Positions 1 to 8,263 of a DNA stretch of 32,838 nt are shown piece by piece. Within the stretch, counting starts at the first letter, position 1, and each line of letters opens with the position of its first letter. Source of the stretch: Arcobacteraceae bacterium (GTDB lineage: Bacteria; Campylobacterota; Campylobacteria; Campylobacterales; Arcobacteraceae); assembly GCA_048268245.1 (NCBI GenBank), contig JBLWVX010000032.1:1-32838 (forward strand). The letters run 5' to 3'. The position numbers and the translations under genes were made by a program. Under the pieces are notes generated by a model that did not search any database, was not told the DNA's origin, and was given only the letters and a program-made list of their open reading frames with translations.

Positions 1-102
1 TAATCCTAAATCTTTAGCTATTGATGAAATTGATTTATCACTATCCAATCACAATTTTATTGCTGAGTCTTTGAACTCTTGATTATATTTACTTTTCCTT
101 AT
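1..102 (-). pseudogene. IS3-family transposase OrfA (HTH_Tnp_1-like) pseudogene, partial
   Basis: Manual translation (I)RKSKYNQEFKDSAIKL*LDSDKSISSIAKDLGL matches the 'KYxxEFKxxAV/IxL...SIxxIAxDLG' OrfA pattern; ATA at the expected start (102-100) and in-frame TGA at 51-49. Confidence 0.8.
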
Positions 103-168
103 TTAACCCTCTCTACATTTTATTTTAACATAGCATTTTTCTATGTCCTATAAACTGTAGCCAGATCA
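1..168 (-). mobile_element. Left end of a degenerate IS3-family insertion sequence (continues beyond window start)
   Basis: Minus strand begins TGATCTGGCTACAGTTTATAGGACA (168-144), a TG-initiated IS3-type terminal inverted repeat, followed by an RBS (GAGAGGG) and an OrfA-like HTH frame. Confidence 0.75.
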
Positions 169-457
169 TACTTCTATGTTTTTAAATAATGATTTTAATA
201 TACGAAAGTTCAACAAACTGTAATTTTTGGAGTATATTTTAAAAGTAAGGTTTTAATTTGAAGAACTCAATATACTTTATTCTCTTTTAAGATGTTTAAA
301 AAAATAACTGACATATTATATTTTTAGCAAATAGTTTATAAGCATTGTTTTAAAAAGAAAAAAAGTAAGATACAGTGGCATAGAAAAATACTTAATACAT
401 ATAAATTAAGAGAATAAGAAGGCTAAATTAACCTTCTTTTAAATATATACTTTTAAA

Positions 458-701
458 TCAGTGTTTATTTTGCAGCTCCTCTAAAATCTTTGGTCTTTCT
501 TTAGGTCTCAGGGTAAACTCTTGAGCTAATAAATCTAATATCATTTCAACTTTTTTTTATACCTACTTCATCGATAAAACCATTTTCTATTTTAGAGATT
601 GTTCTTTTTGTGATACCTGAATATTTTTCTAAATTATCTTGTGAACACTTTTTATTTTTTCTTAATAACTGAATCTCTTTTCCAAGTTCTGATAGATTCA
701 T
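458..701 (-). pseudogene. XRE-family HTH regulator (HipB-like antitoxin), +1 frameshift in an A8 tract
   Basis: RBS AAGGA then MNLSELGKEIQLLRKNKKCSQDNLEKYSGITKRTISKIENGFIDEVGIKK; removing one A from the run at 551-558 continues VEMILDLLAQEFTLRPKERPKILEELQNKH* (span 244 nt = 81 codons + 1). Not in the ORF track. Confidence 0.8.
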
Positions 702-856
702 TTTATTCCTTTTAAGAAGTATATTTCATATAATATATTCTATAAATAAAATCTTATTTTCTCACTAATTTACAAAAACATATACACCAAAGATTTATAA
801 GTGTAGCCAATTTATAACTTTTATATGTTATAATCATAATAATATTAAGGGCATAA

Positions 857-2773
857 ATGATATTTGAAGATGAAAAAAAACTATTAAAAATAATAAAATT
901 TGCACCAACAGTTTTTATTATTATTGTAACGACTATATTTTTGCTAATCCAATATACAAAAACTAAAACAAGTTTTGAAAACGAAAAAAACAAAATACAA
1001 ACTGACTATTCTCAAAAAAACAAAGAGCTTATAAAACAAAGAGTTTCAGAAGTATATGACTTCATAAAAAGAGAGCAAGAACAAACAGAGTATGAGCTAA
1101 AATTTTCGCTAAATGAAGCTGTTGACAATGCCTATGCCATAGCTTCTACAATCTATAATCAAAACAAAGATAAAGATATACAAACTATAAAAAAGTTGAT
1201 AATAGATGCTTTAAGAAATATCCGTTTTTTAGATGGTAGAGGTTACTATTTTATATATGAAAATACTGGAAAAAATATCCTTCTTCCCCATAATCCTGAA
1301 CTTGAAGGCAAAGACTTTTGGGAACATCAAGATGCTAAAGGCTCGTACATTATAAAAGATATGACCTCACTACTTAGTAAAAAAGATAAAGCCTTTTACG
1401 AATGGTACTGGTATAATCCAAAAAATCCTGATAAACAAAGAAAAAAGCTAGGTTTAGTTAAAAACTTTGAGCCATTTGATTGGTTTATTGGTACGGGTGA
1501 GTATGTACAGGATTTTGAAAAACAGATGCAAGAAAGAGTTTTAAAGCATATTAGAGAGATTAGGTATGGTAAAAGTGGTTATATCTTTATTATAAACTAT
1601 GATTCTATATATTTAAGTCATATTCGAAAAAACTTTATAAATCAAAATGCAGTTACAAACAACGATGCAGTATATATAAAAAAAGTTATTCAAGACCTAA
1701 TAGAGATTTCTAAAAATGGAGAAGGGTATTATACTTATATTCAAAATAAAAAACCAGGTATAGATGTACCTATTAAAAAGACTAGTTATGTAAAAGGCTT
1801 AAATGAGTGGCAATGGATGATTGGTACAGGCTTTTATGAAGATGAAATTAAAAGTTCTATTAAAAAAAGAAAAATACAGTTAGAAAATCAATTTGAAAAT
1901 TATCTTTTAAATATTTTAGAAATCACACTTTTAGTAACTGTATTATTACTTTTAATCTCTACTTATTTATCAAGGATTTTACAAAAAAGATTTTTAAGAT
2001 ATAAAAAAGCTATAGAAGAAAAAGCTTTAGAAAACACAAGACAACAAACCTTATTAGCTCAGCAATCAAAAATGGCAGCAATGGGTGAAATGATAGGTAA
2101 TATAGCTCATCAATGGAGGCAACCACTTTCTATAATATCTACAACAGCAAGTGGACTAAAGCTTCAAAAAGAGATGAATATTTTAAGTGATAAGTATCTT
2201 ATCGAAGGTCTTGACAATATAAATAACACAGTTCAATACTTATCAAATACAATAGATGATTTTAGAAACTTTTTTAAAACAGATAAAGATAAAAAGTGTT
2301 TTAAGATTCAAGAGAGTTTTGATAATGCTATATCTTTAGTGAAAACATCATTTCATAATAAAGGTATAAAAATTATAAAAAATAAAGAAGACTATGAAAT
2401 AAGTTCATACAAAAATGAGTTAATACAAGTGATAATTAATCTACTAAATAATGCAAAAGATGAGCTTATAAAAAAAGATAAAAATTTTCAAAAAATAATT
2501 TTTTTATCAGTATTTAAAGAAGATAATTCAATCAAAATTCAAGTTAAAGACAACGCAGGAGGAATTCCTGAAGAGATTATAGATAGGGTTTTTGAACCTT
2601 ACTTTACGACAAAACATCAAAGTCAAGGTACAGGTATAGGACTTTATATGAGTAGGGAAATAATTGTAAAAAATATGAATGGTAAAATTGAAGCTTTTAA
2701 TACTTCTTTTACCTACAACAACACACTATTTAAAGGTGCTGTTTTTGAGATAGATTTACCACTTTATACATAA
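857..2773 (+). CDS. Cache-domain sensor histidine kinase (two tandem sCache-like domains, HisKA, HATPase)
   Basis: Two TM segments flanking two GYYFIY/GYIFII...W(F/M)IGTG repeats; H-box NIAHQWRQPL, N-box NLLNNAKD, DNAGGI, FTTK, GTGIGL. Confidence 0.92.
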   Translation: MIFEDEKKLLKIIKFAPTVFIIIVTTIFLLIQYTKTKTSFENEKNKIQTDYSQKNKELIKQRVSEVYDFIKREQEQTEYELKFSLNEAVDNAYAIASTIYNQNKDKDIQTIKKLIIDALRNIRFLDGRGYYFIYENTGKNILLPHNPELEGKDFWEHQDAKGSYIIKDMTSLLSKKDKAFYEWYWYNPKNPDKQRKKLGLVKNFEPFDWFIGTGEYVQDFEKQMQERVLKHIREIRYGKSGYIFIINYDSIYLSHIRKNFINQNAVTNNDAVYIKKVIQDLIEISKNGEGYYTYIQNKKPGIDVPIKKTSYVKGLNEWQWMIGTGFYEDEIKSSIKKRKIQLENQFENYLLNILEITLLVTVLLLLISTYLSRILQKRFLRYKKAIEEKALENTRQQTLLAQQSKMAAMGEMIGNIAHQWRQPLSIISTTASGLKLQKEMNILSDKYLIEGLDNINNTVQYLSNTIDDFRNFFKTDKDKKCFKIQESFDNAISLVKTSFHNKGIKIIKNKEDYEISSYKNELIQVIINLLNNAKDELIKKDKNFQKIIFLSVFKEDNSIKIQVKDNAGGIPEEIIDRVFEPYFTTKHQSQGTGIGLYMSREIIVKNMNGKIEAFNTSFTYNNTLFKGAVFEIDLPLYT

Positions 2774-2869
2774 GTTTATATTTTTAATTAAAGTTTAACT
2801 AAAAGAAATAAAAGACATAATATTAACTATTATAAAAATAATTCAAATAGTTTACTAAGGAGAGAATGA

Positions 2870-3658
2870 ATGAAAGGTTTAAGAAAATTAGCAGTTGTTG
2901 GAGTATTTGGATTGAGTACACTTTTACCGTTACATTTATTTTCAGACACATTAAGAATCGCTACAGATGAATGGTGTCCTTATGATTGTTTATCTGGACA
3001 AAATGATGGGAAAGTAGGGTACTTAGGTGACTTGTTAGTTGAAGCTATGAAAGCAAGAGGTCATAAAGTTGAGTTTGTTGAAGTTAGTTATACTAGAGGT
3101 TTAGAACTAGTAAGAGAAGGAAAACTTGATGGTACAATGGCTTGCTTTAGAGAAGAAGCACCTGATTTTATTTTTCCAGATTTTGCTCTTGGAAAAAGTA
3201 ACAGCACATTTTTTAGTCTTAAAGACTCTTCTTGGAAGTATACAGGAACTAAGTCTCTAGAAGAAGCTAAAATGATAGGTATAATTGATGGTTATGACTA
3301 TGTTGATCCAACTGTGATGAATTATCTTAATAAAAACCCAAATAATGTTCTAGCAATAAAAGGTGAAAAGCCATTAGAAAGATTATTAGAGATGTTAATT
3401 AATGGTCGTATAACAACTATTATTGAAGATAAAAGTGTTTTAGAATATAAAATCAACCAAATGGGTAAAGCAGATTTAGTAAAAGTAGCTGGTGTGACAG
3501 ATGTAGTGATTGATGTTTTTGCTAGTTTCTCACCTAAAAAAGAAAGTTCAAAAGAGTATGCTAAAATTTTATCTGAAGAGACTATAAAAATGAGAGAAGA
3601 TGGTAGGTTGAAAATTCTTTTAGATAAGTATGGAATTAAAGATTGGCAATCAAAGTAA
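2870..3658 (+). CDS. Periplasmic substrate-binding protein, family 3 (polar amino-acid type)
   Basis: Signal peptide, 'IATDEWCPY', 'RGLELVREGKLDG', C-terminal 'REDGRLKILLDKYG' typical of SBP_bac_3-like proteins; RBS AAGGAG. Confidence 0.82.
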   Translation: MKGLRKLAVVGVFGLSTLLPLHLFSDTLRIATDEWCPYDCLSGQNDGKVGYLGDLLVEAMKARGHKVEFVEVSYTRGLELVREGKLDGTMACFREEAPDFIFPDFALGKSNSTFFSLKDSSWKYTGTKSLEEAKMIGIIDGYDYVDPTVMNYLNKNPNNVLAIKGEKPLERLLEMLINGRITTIIEDKSVLEYKINQMGKADLVKVAGVTDVVIDVFASFSPKKESSKEYAKILSEETIKMREDGRLKILLDKYGIKDWQSK

Positions 3659-3673
3659 AAGGTTTAGTATTTA

Positions 3674-4918
3674 ATGATTAGCTCTTTATCAAAACGTTTT
3701 CGTCAAAGTATTGCATTACATCTATTAACTACAATATTTAGTTTTTATTTTTTAGTTGCAGTTTTAGTTACAGTTGTTCAGCTTTATAAAGAGTATGAAG
3801 ATACAAAAGCTAAATTCTACAAAGAGATTCAAACCTTGCCAGCTACTTTCAATAGAGGTATTGTTGACTCAGTTTGGACTTATAATAAGGAGTTATTGCA
3901 ATCTATTTTATTAGGTATGCATAATTTACCAATTGTAGTTGGTATCAAAGTTGAATCAATTGATCATAAAATGGATTTTCAGATTGGAGCAGTATTAAAC
4001 GAAAAAAATGAGATTACTTATTATGACTCTTCTGGAAATAAAACAGAACAAAAAGAGTTTGGTTTAGGTACTGATACATTGTTTAAGCATGAGTTTCCCA
4101 TGGAGTACACAGGAGCAGCTTTTAAGCAGAAAGTACCTTTAGGACAAGTTACATTATATTCAAATAATCAACTAGTATTTGACCGAGTTAAATATGGTTT
4201 TATTCTTATTTTAATCAATTCTATTATCAAAACAATTGCACTTTGGTTTATCATATATTATTTTATAAAAAAATATTTAGGACAACCTTTACAGGAGTTT
4301 ACTAGCAAAATACGTAAACAAGATATTCAGTCTCCTAAAACAATTGATTTAAATCTTCATTGGACAGATGAAAATGAACTTTTAATATTGAAAGACAGTT
4401 ATAATCAGATGATTCAAGGCCTAAATGAGCATAAAGTTCTTAGTATTACAGATAAACTTACAGGAGTTTTCAATAGACTAAAACTTGATGAAGCACTTAA
4501 TGATGAATTTAATCGTAGTAGTCGCTTTAAAAGTAATTTTAGTGTTATTATTGTAGATATAGATTATTTTAAAAAAATCAATGATACTTATGGTCATTTA
4601 GTTGGGGATGAGGTGCTTGTTCAATTTGCTAAAATATTTAAAGAAAATATACGTAAAGTTGATATTTTAGGACGATGGGGAGGAGAAGAGTTTATGATAA
4701 TATGTCCTGAGACAGATTTTCAAGGGACTATTAAAGTAGCCCAATCTCTTTGTGAAATAGTTAGTAAATATGAATTTCCAACAGTTGGAAATATTACTGC
4801 AAGCTTTGGAATATCTATATATGATGGTGATGAAAATATAGATAAAATTATTGCACGTGCTGATAAAGCTTTATATAAAGCAAAAGAAAAAGGAAGAAAT
4901 AGGGTTGAATATAATTAA
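3674..4918 (+). CDS. Membrane-anchored diguanylate cyclase (periplasmic sensor, HAMP-like linker, GGDEF)
   Basis: Two TM helices; TDKLTGVFNR, DIDYFKKINDTYGHLVGD, intact RWGGEEF, I-site RKVD, ADKALYKAK..GRN. Confidence 0.93.
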   Translation: MISSLSKRFRQSIALHLLTTIFSFYFLVAVLVTVVQLYKEYEDTKAKFYKEIQTLPATFNRGIVDSVWTYNKELLQSILLGMHNLPIVVGIKVESIDHKMDFQIGAVLNEKNEITYYDSSGNKTEQKEFGLGTDTLFKHEFPMEYTGAAFKQKVPLGQVTLYSNNQLVFDRVKYGFILILINSIIKTIALWFIIYYFIKKYLGQPLQEFTSKIRKQDIQSPKTIDLNLHWTDENELLILKDSYNQMIQGLNEHKVLSITDKLTGVFNRLKLDEALNDEFNRSSRFKSNFSVIIVDIDYFKKINDTYGHLVGDEVLVQFAKIFKENIRKVDILGRWGGEEFMIICPETDFQGTIKVAQSLCEIVSKYEFPTVGNITASFGISIYDGDENIDKIIARADKALYKAKEKGRNRVEYN

Positions 4919-4964
4919 TATTTATTCTAAAGTAGTTTAGAAGTAAATAGGAAAAAATGACTTT

Positions 4965-5921
4965 TTAGTTCGTAGGAATACAAATATCAAACTGACCACC
5001 AACATACTTTTTATCTTTGTATTCAAAGTTACAGGTTTTAGCAATTATATTACCTTTATATGAGTTAATGATAATTTTACTCATGTAAAGTCCTATTCCT
5101 GTGCCTTTACCTTCTTTTTTTGTAGTAAATCTTGATTCAAATATTTTATTAATGATGTTTTTATTTATTCCACCTGCATTGTCTTTTATAGAAATGCAAA
5201 TATTTCCATCTTTTGTATAACTATTAATAAAAATATATTTGTTTGGATATATTGATTCATCAAGTGCATCTATAGCATTGTTTAATATGTTCATTAGAAT
5301 TTGAACAATCTCATTTTCAACACCTTTTATTTCATACTCTTCTATGTTTTTAATTATTTTAATATCTCTATTTCTAAGTTTAGAATTTACAAGTAATAAA
5401 ACTCTATTGATACAGTCTTCTAAAGAGAATTCTGTTTCTGTTTTGTTAGTATTAAAAAAGTTTCTAAAATCATCTATTGTTTCTGCTAAATATCTTGTAG
5501 AAGTACTAATAGTATCCATCTCTTTTACTAAGGTATTATTATTTAAGATATCTAGTTCTTCTTGAAGCTTTATCCCTGAAGCAGAAGTTGAAATAGTATT
5601 TAAAGGCTGTTTCCATTGATGTGCAATATTATCTATCATTTCACCCATAGCAGCCATTTTTGATTGTTGGATTAGTAGTATATCTTTTTCTCTTAACTCT
5701 TTTTCTATTTTATTTCTTTGTTTTTCATAACGCTTTACAAGGTAGTGTAAAAGTAGAGATGTTATGAAAATAAAAAACCAACCTTTGTATGATTGTATAG
5801 AATTAAGTGTTTCTATATCTTTTACTAGGTTAGCTAAAATTTTGTCTGAATAAAAAATCCATAGTGAACCAAATAAAGCATATGTAAAAATTATTTTAAA
5901 AGTTGAAGAGATAAATTTCAT
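4965..5921 (-). CDS. Sensor histidine kinase with short two-TM membrane sensor
   Basis: N-terminal 'YALFGSLWIFYSD...QSYKGWFFIFIT' membrane hairpin; NIAHQWKQPL, NILNNAID, DNAGGI, FTTK, GTGIGL. Confidence 0.9.
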   Translation of the reverse strand: MKFISSTFKIIFTYALFGSLWIFYSDKILANLVKDIETLNSIQSYKGWFFIFITSLLLHYLVKRYEKQRNKIEKELREKDILLIQQSKMAAMGEMIDNIAHQWKQPLNTISTSASGIKLQEELDILNNNTLVKEMDTISTSTRYLAETIDDFRNFFNTNKTETEFSLEDCINRVLLLVNSKLRNRDIKIIKNIEEYEIKGVENEIVQILMNILNNAIDALDESIYPNKYIFINSYTKDGNICISIKDNAGGINKNIINKIFESRFTTKKEGKGTGIGLYMSKIIINSYKGNIIAKTCNFEYKDKKYVGGQFDICIPTN

Positions 5922-6029
5922 ATTTTTCTTTTTTTAATAAATTATTTTTTTTAGTATATTTCTTATTGTATCAAAAAATTAGAATAATAAGAAATATACT
6001 TTAGAGAATAAAGTTAAAAGTATTCTATT

Positions 6030-7754
6030 TTAAACCTCATTCATTCTTTTTTCAAACTGGGCATTTAGCTTTTCTAGTTCAGTTTGAAGTTCAATCAATC
6101 TTGCTTGTTTTTTTTGTTTTTCAATTCCCTGTAAAGCTTCAATCTCTTCTATTTCAACTTTTATTGGTTTTGTAGCTTTACTTTTTTCTGCCACAATAAT
6201 TGATCTTAATTTTCTAATCTCTTTTTTGTTTCTTTTTGGTTTTGCTACTTTTTTCTTTGGTTCATCTTGACCATCATCCCAACCACCTTTTTCTAAGAAC
6301 TCATCATAAGTTCCATTGAAGTAATCTGCACCATCATTTGTAAAGATGATAAGTCTATCACATACAGCTCGTAGCAACTCTTCTGAGTGAGTAACAATCA
6401 TACATGAACCCTCAAATGCTTTGATAGCAGATGTAAGAGCATCAATTGAGTCTATATCTAAGTGGTTTGTAGGCTCATCTAGGAAAAGTAAGTTTACATC
6501 TTGGGCGATAATCTTTCCAAGCATTACTCTTGATTTTTCACCACCTGAAAGAAGTGATATTTTCTTTTTAGCATTATCTCCACTAAACATCATAAGACCA
6601 CATATACTTCTTATTACTGCTTCAGGAAGCTTATGATTTACACTATATATTTCATCCATAATTGTATTATTTTTATTTAGGTGAGAAATATTTGTTTGTC
6701 CAAAGTGACCAAAAACACATGAAGGGTGGTATTTTACATTTCCACTTAAAGCTTCAAGTTCTCCTGCTATTGTATTTAATAGAGTTGATTTACCTTTACC
6801 ATTTTTACCTATGATACCTATAGTTTCACCTTTATTTAGTGCAAAAGTGATGTTTTTAAATAGTATATTATCAGGAGTATATCCAAAACTTAAATCTTCT
6901 ACTTCAAGTAAAAATTTAGCTGCTGTATCTTTATAGTTGAAATCAAACTTTAAATTTGCATCATAATCTATATCTTCAAGTATTTCCATTTTTTCTAGGA
7001 TTTTTATTTTTGATTGAGCTAGAGTTGCTGTTGCTGCTCTTGCTTTATTTTTAGCAATAAACTCTTCTAAGTCTTTTATTTTCTTTTCTTGTGCAATTTT
7101 TTGTTTTTCATGGTGTTCTTCATTTGCTAAGATTTGCTCATAAAACTTTCTAGTTCCACCTTGTATCATAAAAGCACTTCTTCTTACTATTCCAAGTGTA
7201 TGTGTACAAACACTATCCATAAACTCTCTATCGTGAGTGATTAAAATAACTTCACCTTGAAAAGACTTTAAAAATGCTTTAAGCCATCTAATTGATAAAA
7301 TATCTAAGTAGTTAGTAGGCTCATCAAGTAAAAGCATATTTGGTTCAGTAAGTAAAAGTTTTGCAAGATTTATTCTAATTTGATAACCACCTGAGAAAGA
7401 TTTAGGGTCTTTTTCTAAATCTGCTTCACTAAATCCTAATCCAAATAACATTTTTTCAGCTTTATAAATATCATATTTATCATCTTCATTTAAAGCTAAT
7501 GCTGTTTCATCTATTAGTTTTTTCTCAGTAAAATTAAAATACTGTTTTAACGCACCAATTCTGTAAGCTTTTGGAAATTTAATCTCTCCTGTATCTTGTG
7601 GTTCTTCACCTAATATTAGTTTAAAAAGTGTTGATTTCCCAGTTCCATTTCTTCCTACTAATCCTATCTTATTTCCTTGATTTACTCTAAGATTTAAGTC
7701 ATTATATAGTTCACCTGTTGGATAACTTTTTGATATATTTATTAATTCAATCAT
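6030..7754 (-). CDS. ABC-F family ribosome-associated ATPase (YheS/Uup-like)
   Basis: Two ABC domains (GRNGTGKST/FSGG/LLLDEPTN and GKNGKGKST/LSGGE/FLDEPTN), helical linker, no TM segments, C-terminal coiled coil. Confidence 0.92.
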   Translation of the reverse strand: MIELINISKSYPTGELYNDLNLRVNQGNKIGLVGRNGTGKSTLFKLILGEEPQDTGEIKFPKAYRIGALKQYFNFTEKKLIDETALALNEDDKYDIYKAEKMLFGLGFSEADLEKDPKSFSGGYQIRINLAKLLLTEPNMLLLDEPTNYLDILSIRWLKAFLKSFQGEVILITHDREFMDSVCTHTLGIVRRSAFMIQGGTRKFYEQILANEEHHEKQKIAQEKKIKDLEEFIAKNKARAATATLAQSKIKILEKMEILEDIDYDANLKFDFNYKDTAAKFLLEVEDLSFGYTPDNILFKNITFALNKGETIGIIGKNGKGKSTLLNTIAGELEALSGNVKYHPSCVFGHFGQTNISHLNKNNTIMDEIYSVNHKLPEAVIRSICGLMMFSGDNAKKKISLLSGGEKSRVMLGKIIAQDVNLLFLDEPTNHLDIDSIDALTSAIKAFEGSCMIVTHSEELLRAVCDRLIIFTNDGADYFNGTYDEFLEKGGWDDGQDEPKKKVAKPKRNKKEIRKLRSIIVAEKSKATKPIKVEIEEIEALQGIEKQKKQARLIELQTELEKLNAQFEKRMNEV

Positions 7755-7947
7755 AATTCTCTTTTTTGCAGTTTTTTAAGAAAGGGATTATATGATATAG
7801 ACAGTTAGATACATATAAATTAAAAAAGAGAAAAAAAGTTTTGAGATTAATTTATATAATTTTAAAATAATACAATTATGATATTGCTTTTGTGTGTAAT
7901 AAAGACATTAAATAATTATTTAATAAAAGATCACTGATGCAAAATAA

Positions 7948-8181
7948 GTCAAATTTGAACTTCAATGTAAGAAAGTACAAATAGCAGATTTTTTACATGA
8001 TATAGGTAAACTTCATACTCCTTATAGTTTTGAAACTTTGCGAATATTAAGACATATTGAAGGTTTAGAAGATATTGCAGTTTGGGCTGCTTACTATCAT
8101 GAACATTTAGATAGGTCAGGATAGCTATTTCAACCAAGTGAAAATGAACTCTCCATCGAAGCAAGAATTATTGAGATATAA
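7948..8181 (+). pseudogene. HD-GYP phosphodiesterase remnant
   Basis: Manual translation: KKVQIADFLHDIGKLHTP-YSFETLRILRHIEGLEDIAVWAAYYHEHLDRSG*LFQPSENELSIEARIIEI*; HDIGK intact, HHExxDGSGYP degenerate with TAG at 8122-8124, internal segment missing, no start codon. Confidence 0.85.
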
Positions 8182-8263
8182 ATTAGCTAGATAGATGATA
8201 TAAGCACAAATTTGATAAAATATCTGCCTTATAAAAGTTTCAAAATCAAAAGGTTTAATAATA

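Noticed and set aside
754..993. 79-aa minus-strand ORF
   Set aside because: Antisense shadow of the kinase N-terminus; no motif or RBS.
7949..8164. 71-aa minus-strand ORF
   Set aside because: Antisense to the HD-GYP remnant, which explains the sequence better.
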